Shown one piece after another: positions 1 through 10,181 of a DNA stretch of 64,000 nt (within the stretch, counting starts at the first letter, position 1; the number at the start of each line of letters is the position of its first letter). Both the position numbers and the translations under genes were made by a program. The stretch spans positions 92,994 to 156,993 of the IMG/VR virus record IMGVR_UViG_3300030438_000078; one strand, 5' to 3'. The notes below the pieces were generated by a model that had not been told where the DNA came from, did not search any database, and was given only the letters and a program-made list of their open reading frames with translations. The DNA is from a virus.

Positions 1-95
1 ACTTACATAATTACTATATTTCTTAGAAAAGTAAACTTTATCACTTATTTTTTCTAATCTCAATGTTTCTAACAGCGGTGTTAGTTTTATATCTC

Positions 96-614
96 TTAAT
101 TCCATCCTAAGGTTTTTAATTCTAACTCATACGCAAATTTTATTTCATCTAAATCTAAACTATATATTCTAAATAGGGGCGATTCTGTTTGATTGTGAGG
201 TCTATCTATAATTAATGCAGGCAACCCAGAATTAATTGCCTGCATCACATTGGATATACTATCGTCTATCAAGACATCACATACCCCTTTTATAATATCT
301 GCCTTATTACCTTTTTGATAATACATTTGGTAAATAGGTCTTATTGGTAAGTTATACTTAGTTAAACAATTTCTAGTATATAATTTACTATTAATCCTTT
401 TTGTAGCATAGATATGTGGTTCAAAATTAGGCTTTTCTAGTAATTCTAAATTTTCCCAGAAATGTTTATTATGTTTCAAAGTATAAACATTTTTTGTAAT
501 GGTACTGTTTACCATATTTTTCTCTCCTGGAAATAACTCTTGGTAAGCTTTCCAGAAATCGAAAACAGTATCATCCAAATCTAAAGCAATTCTTAAATCT
601 TTATAGAAATTCAT
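96..614 (-). CDS. HAD-superfamily 5'(3')-deoxyribonucleotidase-like protein
   Basis: N-terminal DxDxT motif (DLDDTV) and C-terminal 'VLIDDS' motif typical of NT5C-type HAD nucleotidases; 172 aa. Confidence 0.55.
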   Translation of the reverse strand: MNFYKDLRIALDLDDTVFDFWKAYQELFPGEKNMVNSTITKNVYTLKHNKHFWENLELLEKPNFEPHIYATKRINSKLYTRNCLTKYNLPIRPIYQMYYQKGNKADIIKGVCDVLIDDSISNVMQAINSGLPALIIDRPHNQTESPLFRIYSLDLDEIKFAYELELKTLGWN

Positions 615-822
615 TTATTTCAAAAATATCTCCAATAAAAATATCATATTTTTCGTATAGGTCGTAAATAAAATCATCAAAATTCATAGTATCGTCTAAA
701 TTATTAAAACGGTCAATGAAATATTCCATGATTTTATTTTGACACTCTTCGAAATTTCTCGCCATTACTTTTTTAATGCTACAATTTTCTCCATTAAAAT
801 ATGGATAAAGATACGTATTCAT
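601..822 (-). CDS. hypothetical protein
   Basis: 73-aa ORF on the coding strand of the early block; 14-nt overlap with upstream gene. Confidence 0.3.
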   Translation of the reverse strand: MNTYLYPYFNGENCSIKKVMARNFEECQNKIMEYFIDRFNNLDDTMNFDDFIYDLYEKYDIFIGDIFEINEFL

Positions 823-1064
823 AGTTCTTCTATTACATTTAATTGTTTCTTTATTAAATATTCTATATCTCTCCTATCTACATATATAAAGTGACTATTT
901 TTTAAATCCTCTAATGTAGAATCAAAATCTAAGGAAAAAGCTTCTCTAGTTTTCCAATGTTTTCCAGCTTTTCGAAGATATATAGAATATTCTTCTTCAA
1001 AGTCATTAATTATGCAACCAGGAATACTTTTTGGAATATTACCTTTAACTATTAATACTTTCAT
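819..1064 (-). CDS. hypothetical protein
   Basis: 81-aa ORF, 4-nt overlap (translational coupling) with neighbours. Confidence 0.35.
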   Translation of the reverse strand: MKVLIVKGNIPKSIPGCIINDFEEEYSIYLRKAGKHWKTREAFSLDFDSTLEDLKNSHFIYVDRRDIEYLIKKQLNVIEEL

Positions 1065-1510
1065 TTCTTAAGTAATTCATAAAAAAAACTGATTGGTATA
1101 ATTGCTACTTGTCCACGAGCTGATTCTCCATTTTTTCCTGCCTTTTTCCAGCATATACAAAATGGTTTTTCTTTATCACTACAAGCATCTCTAATATCAA
1201 AATAACTTGGCATATTCTGAGTAAATTTAGCTTGGATATTTACAGGTAATTCACCATTCATATCAACAATATCTATCTTATCTGCATCAGCCATCTTATT
1301 TTGACTTCTGCTAGATACACACCCTTCATATCCAATGTCTCTTAATTTGTGAATTATTTCTAATTCATAAGCATTACCTTTCTGTTTACTTTTCTTAGCT
1401 TGTTTGCTACGTCTAACAGCTGGGTCTGCCCACTCAAAGGTTATCTTAATTTTAGATTTAGCTCCAGAACCAGGTTTGTTAGCCCTAGATTTAATAGAGT
1501 TTACACTCAT
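1061..1510 (-). CDS. putative PD-(D/E)XK nuclease (Holliday-junction-resolvase-like)
   Basis: E..(YELE), D (DADKIDIVD) and K (IQAK) spacing resembles Hjc/RecB-type PD-(D/E)XK core; basic N-terminus; 149 aa. Confidence 0.35.
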   Translation of the reverse strand: MSVNSIKSRANKPGSGAKSKIKITFEWADPAVRRSKQAKKSKQKGNAYELEIIHKLRDIGYEGCVSSRSQNKMADADKIDIVDMNGELPVNIQAKFTQNMPSYFDIRDACSDKEKPFCICWKKAGKNGESARGQVAIIPISFFYELLKK

Positions 1511-1583
1511 TCCTAGTTCTTGTGCAGCTTCTTCTATAGTTTCAAAAGTTTTAGTATTACCATCAGCAAATGTTGCAATTACA

Positions 1584-2600
1584 CTAGTATTTGTCTATTT
1601 TTTCATGTTTTTTAAAATAATTAATTGAGTTTTTAATTAATTCTTGCGTCTTGGCTCTTCCGTACATATGATAGTAATCACTAATATCTTTAGCACCAGT
1701 GTTTCTTGGTATCATAGTAACTATTAGTTCTGGATGCTGTTTTCTAATCTTATTAGTAAACCTAACTCCAGTTAAATCATTATCATATAATAACGCAACA
1801 TACTTGAATCTCTGTTTTAATTCTTCTAAGATTTTATCAGTTACAAATTGTGTTTCAGAATTTGGGGCAATAGCTGAAATACCTAAAGAATACAATGATA
1901 AACAATCTTTCATAGACTTAGTAATAACTACTAATTTACCATTTTTGGGAAGTTGTTTATATCCCTGAATAGTCTTAGTAGAAACATTACCAATAAATCT
2001 AAACTCTTTCCGCTTAGGCATATATATACGCCATTGTTCAACATTTTCTTTCTTACCGAAATAATATCCATATATAGGACTATGTTGAGCAGATTGAGCA
2101 TAAATATTACCATTTAAAAATATAGTTTTACAACTAAATACTTTAAATTTGTTTAATATATCTTTAGTTATTCCAAAGCCACTCCACCATTTTAATTCTG
2201 CTTCTGAAAAATCTTTAATTTCCGCTTGTATAAAAGTCTGTTTTTCTTCCTCAAATTTAGGCTGTATTTTAACAGCCTTTTTTGGAGCAGAATCATGACT
2301 ATAACCAAAGTCTCTTGCTATAATTTTAAGAGCTGTAGAATAGTTACATCCAAATTTTTCCATAACTACCCCTTCGAAAGTTAAACATTTTCCAGAAGCA
2401 AAATCTTTAAAATATAGATTACCAGATTTACCTCTAAAGAAACTACAAGTAACATGATTATCGCTACGCAAAGGAGACTTGAATAGACCTTTCTTAACAG
2501 GAATTCCCAAATAATAGGTCATATAAGTCTCCTCATTGTTTTTAGATAGAAGAAATTCCTTAGTAATTTTTGGTTCAAAAGTATAATTAAACATAGTCAC
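1584..2600 (-). CDS. DNA primase (TOPRIM domain)
   Basis: TOPRIM signature: E in 'IAPNSE' and 'LLYDNDLTG' DxD motif in the C-terminal half; 338 aa; sits in a helicase/ATPase replication cluster. Confidence 0.55.
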   Translation of the reverse strand: MTMFNYTFEPKITKEFLLSKNNEETYMTYYLGIPVKKGLFKSPLRSDNHVTCSFFRGKSGNLYFKDFASGKCLTFEGVVMEKFGCNYSTALKIIARDFGYSHDSAPKKAVKIQPKFEEEKQTFIQAEIKDFSEAELKWWSGFGITKDILNKFKVFSCKTIFLNGNIYAQSAQHSPIYGYYFGKKENVEQWRIYMPKRKEFRFIGNVSTKTIQGYKQLPKNGKLVVITKSMKDCLSLYSLGISAIAPNSETQFVTDKILEELKQRFKYVALLYDNDLTGVRFTNKIRKQHPELIVTMIPRNTGAKDISDYYHMYGRAKTQELIKNSINYFKKHEKIDKY

Positions 2601-2632
2601 TAAGGAATTTTAAATGTTACTCTAGATTTTCA

Positions 2633-3334
2633 TTAAAGCAATTTATTTAAATCAAATTCGTCATCATCAGCTGGTTTGTCAATACCTACTGGATCTTCAG
2701 TTGACAATGGGTCATCTGATTTCATTTCTGTTGGTTTTGCTTTAAGATATTTATCTCTCTGAGTTTCTTCATAATCTGAGAAGAACAACTTAGTACCAAT
2801 ATAGTTATCAGCTACGAAGGATTCACCTTCCTTATTGATACCAACAATACGTGGAACATCAGCAACTACTTTACCATCTCTATTACGTCCAATCAGTTTA
2901 AGTTTAATTTCTGTACCTTTTGCCTTTTCAGTAATCTTAATAAGAGCATTAGCTACATCATCAAAACTCTTAAACTTAGAACTCATAGCCTGCATCTTTT
3001 CAAATCCTGCAGGATTCAAAATCTGAGCAGTTTGGGCTACAGTAGCCATAAGAACTTCAAAGTTAGAAGGCATGATTACCTTACCACCGTTCTGTCCTGG
3101 GAACTCTTTTCTTTCATCATCACCATCTTTTGGGAAGAATTTAGTCAGAGTAAAATAACCTTCTTCATTTTCAAAGTTAATATTAAGAACTTTGTAATGA
3201 GCATTGGGGTCTTTCTTACCTGCAAACTCTTTAATTTCACAACCCATGAATTTTACATCATAGATATTCCAAGGAGCCAAAGGACGACGAGTGTTTCTAA
3301 CTGCTGATTCTGCTGAAATTCCAAAATTAAACAT
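2633..3334 (-). CDS. hypothetical protein with acidic C-terminal tail (possible ssDNA-binding protein)
   Basis: 233 aa; C-terminal 'DDDEFDLNKLL' acidic tail as in SSB proteins; position inside replication module; no firm motif. Confidence 0.35.
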   Translation of the reverse strand: MFNFGISAESAVRNTRRPLAPWNIYDVKFMGCEIKEFAGKKDPNAHYKVLNINFENEEGYFTLTKFFPKDGDDERKEFPGQNGGKVIMPSNFEVLMATVAQTAQILNPAGFEKMQAMSSKFKSFDDVANALIKITEKAKGTEIKLKLIGRNRDGKVVADVPRIVGINKEGESFVADNYIGTKLFFSDYEETQRDKYLKAKPTEMKSDDPLSTEDPVGIDKPADDDEFDLNKLL

Positions 3335-3514
3335 AGTATAATCAATTTAAATATTTTAATAATAATTCTTCTTCATCTTTGCAATCATATTTAATCTCAA
3401 TAAAATAGATATTGTTTTTAAAACAATAATCTTTAACTATCTAATCTCTCTTCTACTATTTTCTAAGCTAACTTTTAATAAAATCTTCCTAAGTAACTTT
3501 CTTAGGCATATTTA

Positions 3515-4102
3515 TTAAAGTTTAAAATCAAATTTACTTAAGTCTGTATCATCTGCGTCAATGTTTAAGTTATCTAATTGTTCTATATCAAGTTCACTCT
3601 CGATATTAATAATCTCTTCAGGTACAGTAGCTGGTTCTTCTTGTACCTTATCTCCTACAAGATAATAAATTCCATTATCTTCGGTAGGTTCCAGCTTAAA
3701 TGTAGTACCATAAGCAGAAAGCTTTTCATTAGCAGCTCCTCTATAACTTACAGTATTACTCTTAGTTAATTTATTACCACCTTTAGTTCCGAAAGCGGCA
3801 TCAGTTCCAATAATAGGAACTGCTTTCTTATCCTTCTTCTTATATTTAATATCTACTCTACAATCTTCACAGATTTGAAGCAGATCGACAGCTCCTTGAG
3901 TTAATACTAACTTATTAGATTCCAGTGTAATAATTGGTTCTGGGTTAGAATCTACTTTAGAACTAGTAGATTTATTACTACTAGATTTACTTGGAGACTT
4001 CTTTTGTTCAGTGGTATCTACTTTTATTTCTTCTTTACCAATATAAGTAATTTCTCCAGTTTGTTCGTTAACATCGTAGTGAAAAAGTATATCAAGTTTC
4101 AT
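3515..4102 (-). CDS. hypothetical protein (Ser/Lys-rich low-complexity linker)
   Basis: 195-aa ORF, stop overlaps start of next gene. Confidence 0.4.
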   Translation of the reverse strand: MKLDILFHYDVNEQTGEITYIGKEEIKVDTTEQKKSPSKSSSNKSTSSKVDSNPEPIITLESNKLVLTQGAVDLLQICEDCRVDIKYKKKDKKAVPIIGTDAAFGTKGGNKLTKSNTVSYRGAANEKLSAYGTTFKLEPTEDNGIYYLVGDKVQEEPATVPEEIINIESELDIEQLDNLNIDADDTDLSKFDFKL

Positions 4103-4797
4103 TATTCTCCTTCGTTATAAGCGTCAATAACTTTAATAATCTCTGCTAAATCATTATCAATCTCCAATTCTTCAAACATACCTAAAGAAGTTTTTGCGAT
4201 ACAAGTTCCATCGCTGTTAGTAATAAGTTTATATTGCATTCTACCGTCATCTCCTTCACTTACTTTAGTAAAGAAAATATAAGTAAACAGACCTTCCAAA
4301 GTTACTTTTTCGGACAGTAATTTTCCAACTGTTTTAATAACATATTTTGGATTCATTACGTCTCCTACATTTTCACTATGAGTTAAGAAAACCATTTTGC
4401 AATCTTCTCTCATTTTCTCAGAATATCTAAGGATTTCCATAGCATGTTGTGCTAATTCACTAAACTTAGTATATCCTACTTCTGTAGCTCTATCAACAAA
4501 TTCATAAGACAATACATACTGAAAATCATCTACTATGACTTGTTTAATATTTGGCATCATTTTATCAATGATTTGAAGAATTTTCAGAATTTGATCCCAC
4601 TTAGAACTTACATAATAATTACCAGTCACATTCTTACCTTCTATTTTCAGAGGAACATATTTCTTTTTATATCCTCTAAAAGGTAAAGGTTTACCTGTAG
4701 TACTGATAATAAAAGTTTCTTTCGGGTCGAGGTTTCTTAAACTTGTACTTTTTCCAGTACCTGATTCACCAACAATAGCAATAGTCTCTGCAGCCAT
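4102..4797 (-). CDS. P-loop ATPase (RecA-like core; Sak4-like or helicase-loader-like)
   Basis: Walker A 'IVGESGTGKST' near N-terminus, Walker B-like 'VIVDDF'; 231 aa; adjacent to DnaB-like helicase. Confidence 0.5.
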   Translation of the reverse strand: MAAETIAIVGESGTGKSTSLRNLDPKETFIISTTGKPLPFRGYKKKYVPLKIEGKNVTGNYYVSSKWDQILKILQIIDKMMPNIKQVIVDDFQYVLSYEFVDRATEVGYTKFSELAQHAMEILRYSEKMREDCKMVFLTHSENVGDVMNPKYVIKTVGKLLSEKVTLEGLFTYIFFTKVSEGDDGRMQYKLITNSDGTCIAKTSLGMFEELEIDNDLAEIIKVIDAYNEGE

Positions 4798-5915
4798 TAT
4801 AATACAAAATTAAAATCATTTTCTTTATAATCTAATCTATTTGTATTATCTAGCTCGTTTTCTACCATAGTAGAACAATCATCTTTCAATAAAAAGTTTG
4901 GACTTAGATACTTATCATAATCATAGATTTCATCTGGTTTAGGAAGTTCTGCATAATGAGAACAATCACCATAGAAACCCATAGGTACTAAAATATCTGA
5001 AGTTCCAAAACGACTCTTTAGAAGAAACACCCCAATAAATTTCTGTTCAAGAATTTTAATGTTATATTTCTTATAAGTATTGAGTTTATACTTGTGAGGA
5101 CTAAATACAGCCATTACTACTTGACTATCATCATATAAAGATCCGGAATCTTTAAAGTCATTTTGATTTGGATCTTGCATACTCTGCTTTAGTCTTTCAT
5201 CACTTCCAGAATTTCTATTAAACTGGGCAACATGAATAGGAGATACAATCTTACATACATTTCTAAATCTTACAGAGTCTCTAGAAATAGCATCCATTTC
5301 ATCTTTCTTAGTTCTACCACTGGTATTTTTAACTAAGCTACAATGGTCAATACTAATTCCTAAGACTTGATTAGGATTATTAGGAATAAATTCTTCCCCT
5401 TCCCATCTTCCGAATTTTTTTAGAGTTTTAGTTACTTCCCGTATATAAACTTCTTCAGTTAATATACCTTCATAACTAATGATTCTCTTGTCCAATTCGT
5501 CTATAAAATCAGAACATTGTTCTAGTATATAAAATTCATCATCAGATAATATACAATCCTTACCTCTAGAGAATATCTTCTTAAATTTTAGTTCAACACC
5601 AAAATTATCAAAGATATACATAGAAATAAGTTTTGCATATACCTGAGGTCTTGTCATTTCCAAGTTAAACATCAACCAATATGGGTCTAGTTCTGGACAT
5701 TCTCCCTCTAGATAATGAATTAAAGGTTGATACATCAAAGCCCATAACATATAAGTTGATTTACCTGTTCCTGATGCACCTCCGATTAGATAACTAGTCC
5801 CCGGAAGAAAACCGTCCATATAGAGTTCAAGTTTAGAAGAACCTATACTTAAACCTATATTTTTTCCTTCTCTACCTTCTTTTACAAGGTTAAAGAACTC
5901 TTCTTTTCCTGTCAT
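4797..5915 (-). CDS. DnaB-like replicative helicase (C-terminal RecA-like domain)
   Basis: Walker A 'GGASGTGKST', 'ISIDHCSLV' (DnaB H3-like), 'VAQFNRNSGSDERLKQ' resembling the DnaB 'SQLNR...R' arginine-finger region; 372 aa. Confidence 0.6.
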   Translation of the reverse strand: MTGKEEFFNLVKEGREGKNIGLSIGSSKLELYMDGFLPGTSYLIGGASGTGKSTYMLWALMYQPLIHYLEGECPELDPYWLMFNLEMTRPQVYAKLISMYIFDNFGVELKFKKIFSRGKDCILSDDEFYILEQCSDFIDELDKRIISYEGILTEEVYIREVTKTLKKFGRWEGEEFIPNNPNQVLGISIDHCSLVKNTSGRTKKDEMDAISRDSVRFRNVCKIVSPIHVAQFNRNSGSDERLKQSMQDPNQNDFKDSGSLYDDSQVVMAVFSPHKYKLNTYKKYNIKILEQKFIGVFLLKSRFGTSDILVPMGFYGDCSHYAELPKPDEIYDYDKYLSPNFLLKDDCSTMVENELDNTNRLDYKENDFNFVL

Positions 5916-6532
5916 ACTAGTTTAATCGCATCAGTGTTAACATTACCTATATCTCCTTTTTGTAATGCTTCTAACTCTAACCATTTGTGATCAATTACAA
6001 AATTAGCTAGAGTACAGCATATATAATTTGTGTTTTCTTTAGCCCAATTTATAAGTCCTATAATATATTCATGAGTTTCAGGATTCCACTTAATAGTTTT
6101 ACCATAATATCTATAGAAATCTTCCAAAGTATCAAACTTCTTGGAAACACTTCTCAGACCTGTAGTACTACCATTAATAATTCCAAACATAGGATATGTT
6201 TCGAATAACTCTTTACCCATGTCAAAAGATGACCTATAAAAGTTTTTAATAAAATTCTTGTTAAAGGTTATATCTTCTGGAACGAATCTTTGACCTTTAT
6301 CAGGAATTTTATATTCTTTAGTAATAACTCCTTTATCTTGCAAAGATATTAGAAGTTCTCTAATTCCACCACGACACTCTGTTGGTAAATTAAAATACTC
6401 GTTAATATAATTAGAATTATCACCATCTTGGATAAGAAGTATAATAGAAACAAACAGTAATTCATTAGAATTTATTTTATATTTTTCTAAGAATAAAACC
6501 TGTTCGTTTATTGTCATTTCACAATTTTTCAC
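5912..6532 (-). CDS. hypothetical protein
   Basis: 206-aa ORF, 4-nt overlap with helicase gene. Confidence 0.4.
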   Translation of the reverse strand: MKNCEMTINEQVLFLEKYKINSNELLFVSIILLIQDGDNSNYINEYFNLPTECRGGIRELLISLQDKGVITKEYKIPDKGQRFVPEDITFNKNFIKNFYRSSFDMGKELFETYPMFGIINGSTTGLRSVSKKFDTLEDFYRYYGKTIKWNPETHEYIIGLINWAKENTNYICCTLANFVIDHKWLELEALQKGDIGNVNTDAIKLV

Positions 6533-6620
6533 GCGTATAAATTAATAATTTCCACAACTAATCTATACACTAAGTTTTTAATACTTGTTAAAGCTGGATA
6601 ACTTAGTTACGTGAATTTTC

Positions 6621-6791
6621 TCAATCTTCTGATTCTTCCTTTTCAGTAGCTGTTTCTAACAGGATTCTATAATCTTCTTTTACTTTTTTAAGTTCTTTAG
6701 TTAAAGACTCTACCTTCTTATTAAGTAAATTAGCTTTCTTTTCTAATTCTCTTTTCATTTTATTATACTCTTGTCTGCTATAATATTCCAT
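6621..6791 (-). CDS. small coiled-coil protein (57 aa)
   Basis: ATG at 6791, TGA at 6621; K/E-rich heptad-like sequence; below the 60-aa cutoff of the ORF track, fills a gap on the coding strand. Confidence 0.3.
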   Translation of the reverse strand: MEYYSRQEYNKMKRELEKKANLLNKKVESLTKELKKVKEDYRILLETATEKEESED

Positions 6792-6793
6792 AG

Positions 6794-7990
6794 TTAAAAA
6801 CGATAAGTAAAATTTTGAACTTTCTTTTTATAAGGTTCCCATGGTTCTCCATTAAGAAGTTTTATTAGATTATCGACATCAATAGTAACATAACTACTGT
6901 TTTGATGTGACTTTCTAAACCATTCACATTCTACTGTTCCCTCTATTACTAGAGTAAACATTTCTGCATATTTGGAACCCTCCTTTCTAATTACTCTACC
7001 AGTTGATTGAGTAGCTTTAATAGGGCTAGAATCTACACCAAGTACAATACCTATTGATAATCCAGGACAATCAAAACCTTCAATAGCTAATTTACAACTA
7101 TTAATTACTCCTTTATTAATGGTATTAAACTCATTTTGAGTAATTCGATTTTTCTTTTTCCCTTCTTTACCAGTATATACATAACTTGGTATATCTTCCT
7201 TTCGGAGCATAGAATCTAAAGATTCTGCTATTGAAGTATTAGCAGAAAAAGTAATAATTTTCTTATCTAATCTATTCTTTATAATCTCAAAAGCCACATC
7301 TAGCTTTTTAGGATGATAATGAATAAATTTCTTTCTGCTTTGTAGACTTCTCATAAAAGCAGTAGCATGATAAGTAATTTGTTTAAATACTTCTTTTCTT
7401 TTAGATTCGTCTTTCTCATTTTTACATAATTCATCTCTATATTTGGCTCTATTTATGAAACCATGTTTTCCTAACATACCCATAACTAATTCCCAATCAA
7501 AGTTAAAATATTCAAAATGAGAAACAAATTCTTTATTATATTCTTTATAGGTATCCAAATCATCTACGGTTATGATAACTTGATATTCTGTAAAATCAGA
7601 AACCCAACCGTTTAGTTTAGCCACCTCTAAAGTAATAGTATCTACTACTGGACAATATTGATTTATTAAAACATGTTTACCATCTAGTCTTTCTATGGTT
7701 GCAGTTAAACCTAATATCAATTTATACTGAACTATTTTAAATATAGAAGAGAATGTGTCTGCTGCAAAACGATGAATTTCGTCTAATACCAATAGGTCAC
7801 ATTTTATTTTGGTTTTTGCGGCTGTATTTATAATAGCCACTTCTACATTTAGTCCTAATCCATTACTATCAATATGGTCTAACCACTGAAGTCTTAAAAG
7901 GTCAGTAGGAACTACTACCAGTACTCTTATACTAGGATACTTAGTTAGTAACTTTTTAATGGCGTTTAATGCCACACGAGTTTTTCCATA
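6794..7990 (-). CDS. SF2 (DEAH-type) helicase, exon 2
   Basis: Begins 'YGKTRVALNAI' (end of Walker A), motif II 'LVLDEIHR', motif III 'GLTAT', motif VI 'QSTGRVIR'; reading frame is open upstream to 7990 with no start codon. Confidence 0.65.
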   Translation of the reverse strand, partial: YGKTRVALNAIKKLLTKYPSIRVLVVVPTDLLRLQWLDHIDSNGLGLNVEVAIINTAAKTKIKCDLLVLDEIHRFAADTFSSIFKIVQYKLILGLTATIERLDGKHVLINQYCPVVDTITLEVAKLNGWVSDFTEYQVIITVDDLDTYKEYNKEFVSHFEYFNFDWELVMGMLGKHGFINRAKYRDELCKNEKDESKRKEVFKQITYHATAFMRSLQSRKKFIHYHPKKLDVAFEIIKNRLDKKIITFSANTSIAESLDSMLRKEDIPSYVYTGKEGKKKNRITQNEFNTINKGVINSCKLAIEGFDCPGLSIGIVLGVDSSPIKATQSTGRVIRKEGSKYAEMFTLVIEGTVECEWFRKSHQNSSYVTIDVDNLIKLLNGEPWEPYKKKVQNFTYRF

Positions 7991-9168
7991 CAGTTTTGTT
8001 ATCGTTAAGCTTTTTATCTTAACTTCTATAACTTTACGCTATAGCTCAGCGTACCTTTTTGTCCACTTATTTCAGTTGGGACAGAAACCACTCTTGGGTC
8101 TATTTTATTCTCTAATATAGAGGTTCAAGACCTACGCGTTACGATGGTATAGATTTTTTAGTTTCTATACTTATCTCGGGATTAACATACATCTAATCAT
8201 CACGACTCAAGCTACAGTCTTCCTCGATATTGGTTTCTAATAATTCAGTAAATTCCTCTACTGAACGGCTACCTTTTTTAAAGAAATTATATAACTTATA
8301 TTTTCTATCTAAGTAGATAGTACTATTATTGTATATATAATTAATAAACTTAATACTATTTTCTTTATTCCAATCTAAATAAAAGATTTCTTTAGAATGT
8401 CTTTTATCATGTTTTAATGAAGCTATTGTGTCAGAATATTTAATAATATTATTTAACATATCCATAGTTCCTAATACTATTACTCTAGGTGTTACTGTAT
8501 GTATATGTACATATCTAGTAATACAACCATCTCCATCAAAATAACCACGAATGAAATGCTTAACTAAATTTTCTGAAATATTTGGAAACTTTAGAGTTAA
8601 AGATTTATTAGGAGTACATCCCAGATTATTTAGAGTAGTCCAAAAATGTTTATTTGCAATACTAAATCTACATCTATTATTATCTATCAGTAGATTCTTA
8701 TTGTATCCAATAAACTTTTTAAACTTCTCTAAATGCTTTAAATCTTTTATTCCTAAAGATAATTCAAAACCATAGATACTTTTTATCCCTTCTCTAATAG
8801 GAGAACTATTAATAGTTCCGTCTGCAAATATAAAGCCTATCCAATAAGCTTTCTCTTCTGTATCTATAGAATCAAAAATATGTTCATTGAATTTAGAACA
8901 GTTTTGTTTATTAATTATCTCAATTCCTAACTCTTTAAAATGCTTAGAAAGAGTTCTTCTATCTACTTTTTCCCGATTTCCCATTTGAGTTAATGAGATA
9001 TCAGTTGTTTGAAATTCAAATGCTAATTTTTCCCAGTCTAAATTTTTCATAACTTGTACATTTTGATTATATACAATGTTACTTAAATTTTAAACCAGTA
9101 CAAAAAAAAATAATTTCTTAAGGCTGCTCTTGAACTATTATTTAATTATAGCTCAAAGAAAAATTGTA
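7991..9168 (-). mobile_element. self-splicing (group-I-like) intron with internal homing-endonuclease ORF interrupting the helicase P-loop
   Basis: Exon 1 ends ...ACG GGT (T G) at 9169 and exon 2 starts TAT GGA AAA ACT (Y G K T) at 7990, restoring an intact 'TGYGKT' Walker A; upstream exon ends in U and intron ends in G as in group I introns; in-frame TAA 9 codons into the intron; GC-richer structured segment 8035-8125. Confidence 0.55.
8193..9050 (-). CDS. LAGLIDADG-family homing endonuclease (intron-encoded)
   Basis: Two LAGLIDADG-like motifs: 'YWIGFIFADGT' and 'RGYFDGDGCI'; 285 aa; located wholly inside the insertion. Confidence 0.7.
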   Translation of the reverse strand: MKNLDWEKLAFEFQTTDISLTQMGNREKVDRRTLSKHFKELGIEIINKQNCSKFNEHIFDSIDTEEKAYWIGFIFADGTINSSPIREGIKSIYGFELSLGIKDLKHLEKFKKFIGYNKNLLIDNNRCRFSIANKHFWTTLNNLGCTPNKSLTLKFPNISENLVKHFIRGYFDGDGCITRYVHIHTVTPRVIVLGTMDMLNNIIKYSDTIASLKHDKRHSKEIFYLDWNKENSIKFINYIYNNSTIYLDRKYKLYNFFKKGSRSVEEFTELLETNIEEDCSLSRDD

Positions 9169-9273
9169 ACCCGTGCAGCCTTCTATAGTTCCCTTTCCTT
9201 TAGATAATAACCATTTCCTTAAACTTTCCTCCTGACGCTCATCACGAGTTAGAGGAGTAAAAAGGTCTTTCAT
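9169..9273 (-). CDS. SF2 helicase, exon 1 (35 codons)
   Basis: ATG at 9273 overlapping upstream TAA (TAATG); encodes 'MKDLFTPLTRDERQEESLRKWLLSKGKGTIEGCTG' ending in the first half of Walker A. Confidence 0.5.
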
Positions 9274-10136
9274 TAATCAATATTTCTAGTAACATCCCAG
9301 CCTTTAGTTTCTGCAACTTTCAGAATTTCGTCAATTTTATCCTCCCATTGTTTTGCCTGATTTTCACATTGATTTTGAAAACGATATAAAACTTTATTAG
9401 AAAGCAATTTCAATTGATCGCTGGTTAAATTAGCATATTTATCTCTCTTAAGTCTAAACATAGATCTAAATTCTGCATAACTTAATCCAGTATCACAGAT
9501 TTTCAAAGTAATAAGAGGATTAAGTCTCAACTCTTTACTTACTACTTCAAGTCTATTTACAGCTTTACCTGTAACAGGGTCTTTTCTGTATAAGTCTTTC
9601 TGCATTTCTTGTTGAGTAAACCACAATCCCATTTTAACAATAAAGTTAAGAGTAAGGTGAGAATTATCAAATAAACCCAAAGAATCTAAACAAGCATCCA
9701 TTACCAAACTAACTGGAACCTGTTCAAAGTCTACTGGCAATCCATTCATTATGTTACCAATAGGATAAGTTTTCAACTCTTCCTGAGTCAATACTTCTTT
9801 ATTATTCTTAACAATACTCCTCAAATCTTCCAAGCATCTTGTACTTGTATATTGCTTTTCCGCTCTAAGCCATCTAATAAGAAGCTCTGCACGACATCTC
9901 TTAATCTGGTCAGATACAATTTCTAGCAAAGTTATACGTCCTGGATTCTTAGAATCAGTATTATACAACATTTGCATACAATGATTATAGAACTTTCTTA
10001 ATTGGTCATACTCTACATCAACCAATTTAATTTCTTCCTGAACTCCATTTACTTTTGGACCTTTCCATACATAAGTGTTAATGTCATTAGCTTTGTCGTT
10101 TAAAGCTTCTTTCAGCTTATCTCCTAATACAGTCAT
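9273..10136 (-). CDS. hypothetical protein
   Basis: 287-aa ORF upstream of, and translationally coupled to, the helicase. Confidence 0.45.
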   Translation of the reverse strand: MTVLGDKLKEALNDKANDINTYVWKGPKVNGVQEEIKLVDVEYDQLRKFYNHCMQMLYNTDSKNPGRITLLEIVSDQIKRCRAELLIRWLRAEKQYTSTRCLEDLRSIVKNNKEVLTQEELKTYPIGNIMNGLPVDFEQVPVSLVMDACLDSLGLFDNSHLTLNFIVKMGLWFTQQEMQKDLYRKDPVTGKAVNRLEVVSKELRLNPLITLKICDTGLSYAEFRSMFRLKRDKYANLTSDQLKLLSNKVLYRFQNQCENQAKQWEDKIDEILKVAETKGWDVTRNID

Positions 10137-10181
10137 AAATTATACTTTAATAATATTTCATAATTAATCTAATTTAATTGG

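Noticed and set aside
8035-8125. tRNA-like looking segment (GCTATAGCTCAGC ... GGTTCAAGACC) inside the helicase insertion
   Set aside because: No acceptor stem or anticodon arm can be formed; more likely part of the intron's structured core.
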